A stretch of 64,000 nucleotides of DNA, from NCBI GenBank assembly GCA_964437735.1, contig CAYTID010000004.1:1442-65441 (forward strand). Direction: 5' to 3'. This document shows positions 63,396 through 64,000 of this stretch, one piece after another (the first letter of the stretch is position 1; each line of letters begins with the position of its first letter). Source of the DNA: an uncultured Ignavibacteriaceae bacterium. GTDB taxonomy: Bacteria; Bacteroidota; Ignavibacteria; UBA10030; BY39. Under the pieces are notes generated by a model. The model had not been told where the DNA came from. It searched no databases and saw nothing but the letters and a program-made list of their open reading frames with translations. The translations under genes and the position numbers were made by a program.

Positions 63396-64000
63396 ATGTT
63401 TGTAATTAAAACAGCCATAAACCGACCTGTAATGACAATAATGGGAATCTCGCTATTCCTGATTTTCGGAGCGCTTGCTTTTTTTTCGCTGAATCTGAAT
63501 CTTCAACCGGAGGTTGAAATACCGTATGTGACTATCTCGACCGTTTATCCCGGTGCAGGGCCTAAAGAAATTGAAACACTTATCAGTAAAAAAATTGAGG
63601 AAGCAGTTTCAACAGTAAGCCTGATTGAAAGAGTTGAATCATATTCGCTTGATGGTTTGTCGATTGTTATTATTGAATTTAAAATTTCCAAAAACGTCAA
63701 TGTCGCAAATCAGGAAGTCAAGGATAAAATTGACGCGATAATTAACAATCTCCCGTCAGATTCAAAAAAACCGATCGTCCAAAAAGTTGATCTCAAGCAG
63801 TTTCCGGTTGTTGATGTTGTTCTCAGCGGTAGTCTCGGTCCGAGAGAGTTATATGAAATTGCCGACAAAACTTTAAAAGACAGGTTCTCCCAGATTGAAG
63901 GAGTTGCAAATGTTAATATAACCGGAGGACAGGAAAAGGAAATTAAGGTTGTTTTAGACAACAGGGTGGTTTATGAAAATAAAATTTCATTGCCGCAATT
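63396..64000 (+). CDS. RND efflux transporter of the AcrB/HAE1 family, N-terminal fragment truncated by the window end
   Basis: MFVIKTAINRPVMTIMGISLFLIFGALAF…TISTVYPGAGPKEIE is the canonical AcrB N-terminus. The frame stays open to the end of the window. Confidence 0.85.
   Translation, partial: MFVIKTAINRPVMTIMGISLFLIFGALAFFSLNLNLQPEVEIPYVTISTVYPGAGPKEIETLISKKIEEAVSTVSLIERVESYSLDGLSIVIIEFKISKNVNVANQEVKDKIDAIINNLPSDSKKPIVQKVDLKQFPVVDVVLSGSLGPRELYEIADKTLKDRFSQIEGVANVNITGGQEKEIKVVLDNRVVYENKISLPQ

Overview
This 64-kb window comes from an AT-rich bacterial chromosome and contains the replication origin flanked by dnaA, dnaN, recF and the gyrase genes, with two candidate novel systems elsewhere in the window. 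Two encoded proteins end in a Por/T9SS C-terminal sorting domain, which points to the Bacteroidota/Ignavibacteriota-like FCB group; that placement is inference.

The origin block reads dnaA–dnaN–recF–DUF721–gyrB–gyrA on the minus strand (15.5–24.6 kb). Perfect and near-perfect DnaA boxes (TTATCCACA) sit on both sides of dnaA, next to an AT-rich DNA-unwinding element, so the window spans oriC.

Other housekeeping content:
- Succinate dehydrogenase (sdhCDAB) and malate dehydrogenase.
- Histidine catabolism: a hutI–ftcD–cyclodeaminase cluster, with a separate hutU about 31 kb away.
- Potassium uptake: trkA followed by two tandem trkH paralogs.
- Recombination and repair: recR, ybaB and dinB.
- Ribosomal proteins L21 and L27.
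- Envelope: two CarbopepD-type TonB-dependent receptors, ftsX, and a TolC–adaptor–RND efflux operon (the RND gene is truncated by the window end).
- Metals: a CadC/ArsR-type regulator next to a CPC-type P1B heavy-metal ATPase.
- A TetR regulator, acetate kinase, dCMP deaminase, a GH5 glycosidase and an asparaginase-family hydrolase.

Accessory-looking content:
- A Dam-family (D12-class) N6-adenine methyltransferase paired with a small PD-(D/E)xK-like protein, which looks like a putative Type II restriction-modification pair. A radical-SAM SPL-like gene and a VOC gene lie next to it.
- A Mut7-C RNase-domain protein and a small conserved protein inserted next to hutU.
- A tight two-gene cassette of unknown function (388 aa, then a 431-aa protein with an N-terminal zinc ribbon) downstream of hutU.
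- An operon encoding a lipoprotein with four internal ~125–165-aa repeats carrying a DDSHSY…WN…WGIT signature (three repeats carry DDSHSY; repeat 1 is degenerate), followed by an Omp85-like outer-membrane β-barrel. A small β-barrel gene is transcribed divergently.

The two-gene cassette and the repeat lipoprotein/β-barrel operon are the best candidates for undescribed systems. None of these assignments could be checked against databases here.

No rRNA, tRNA, CRISPR array or recognisable mobile element was found.
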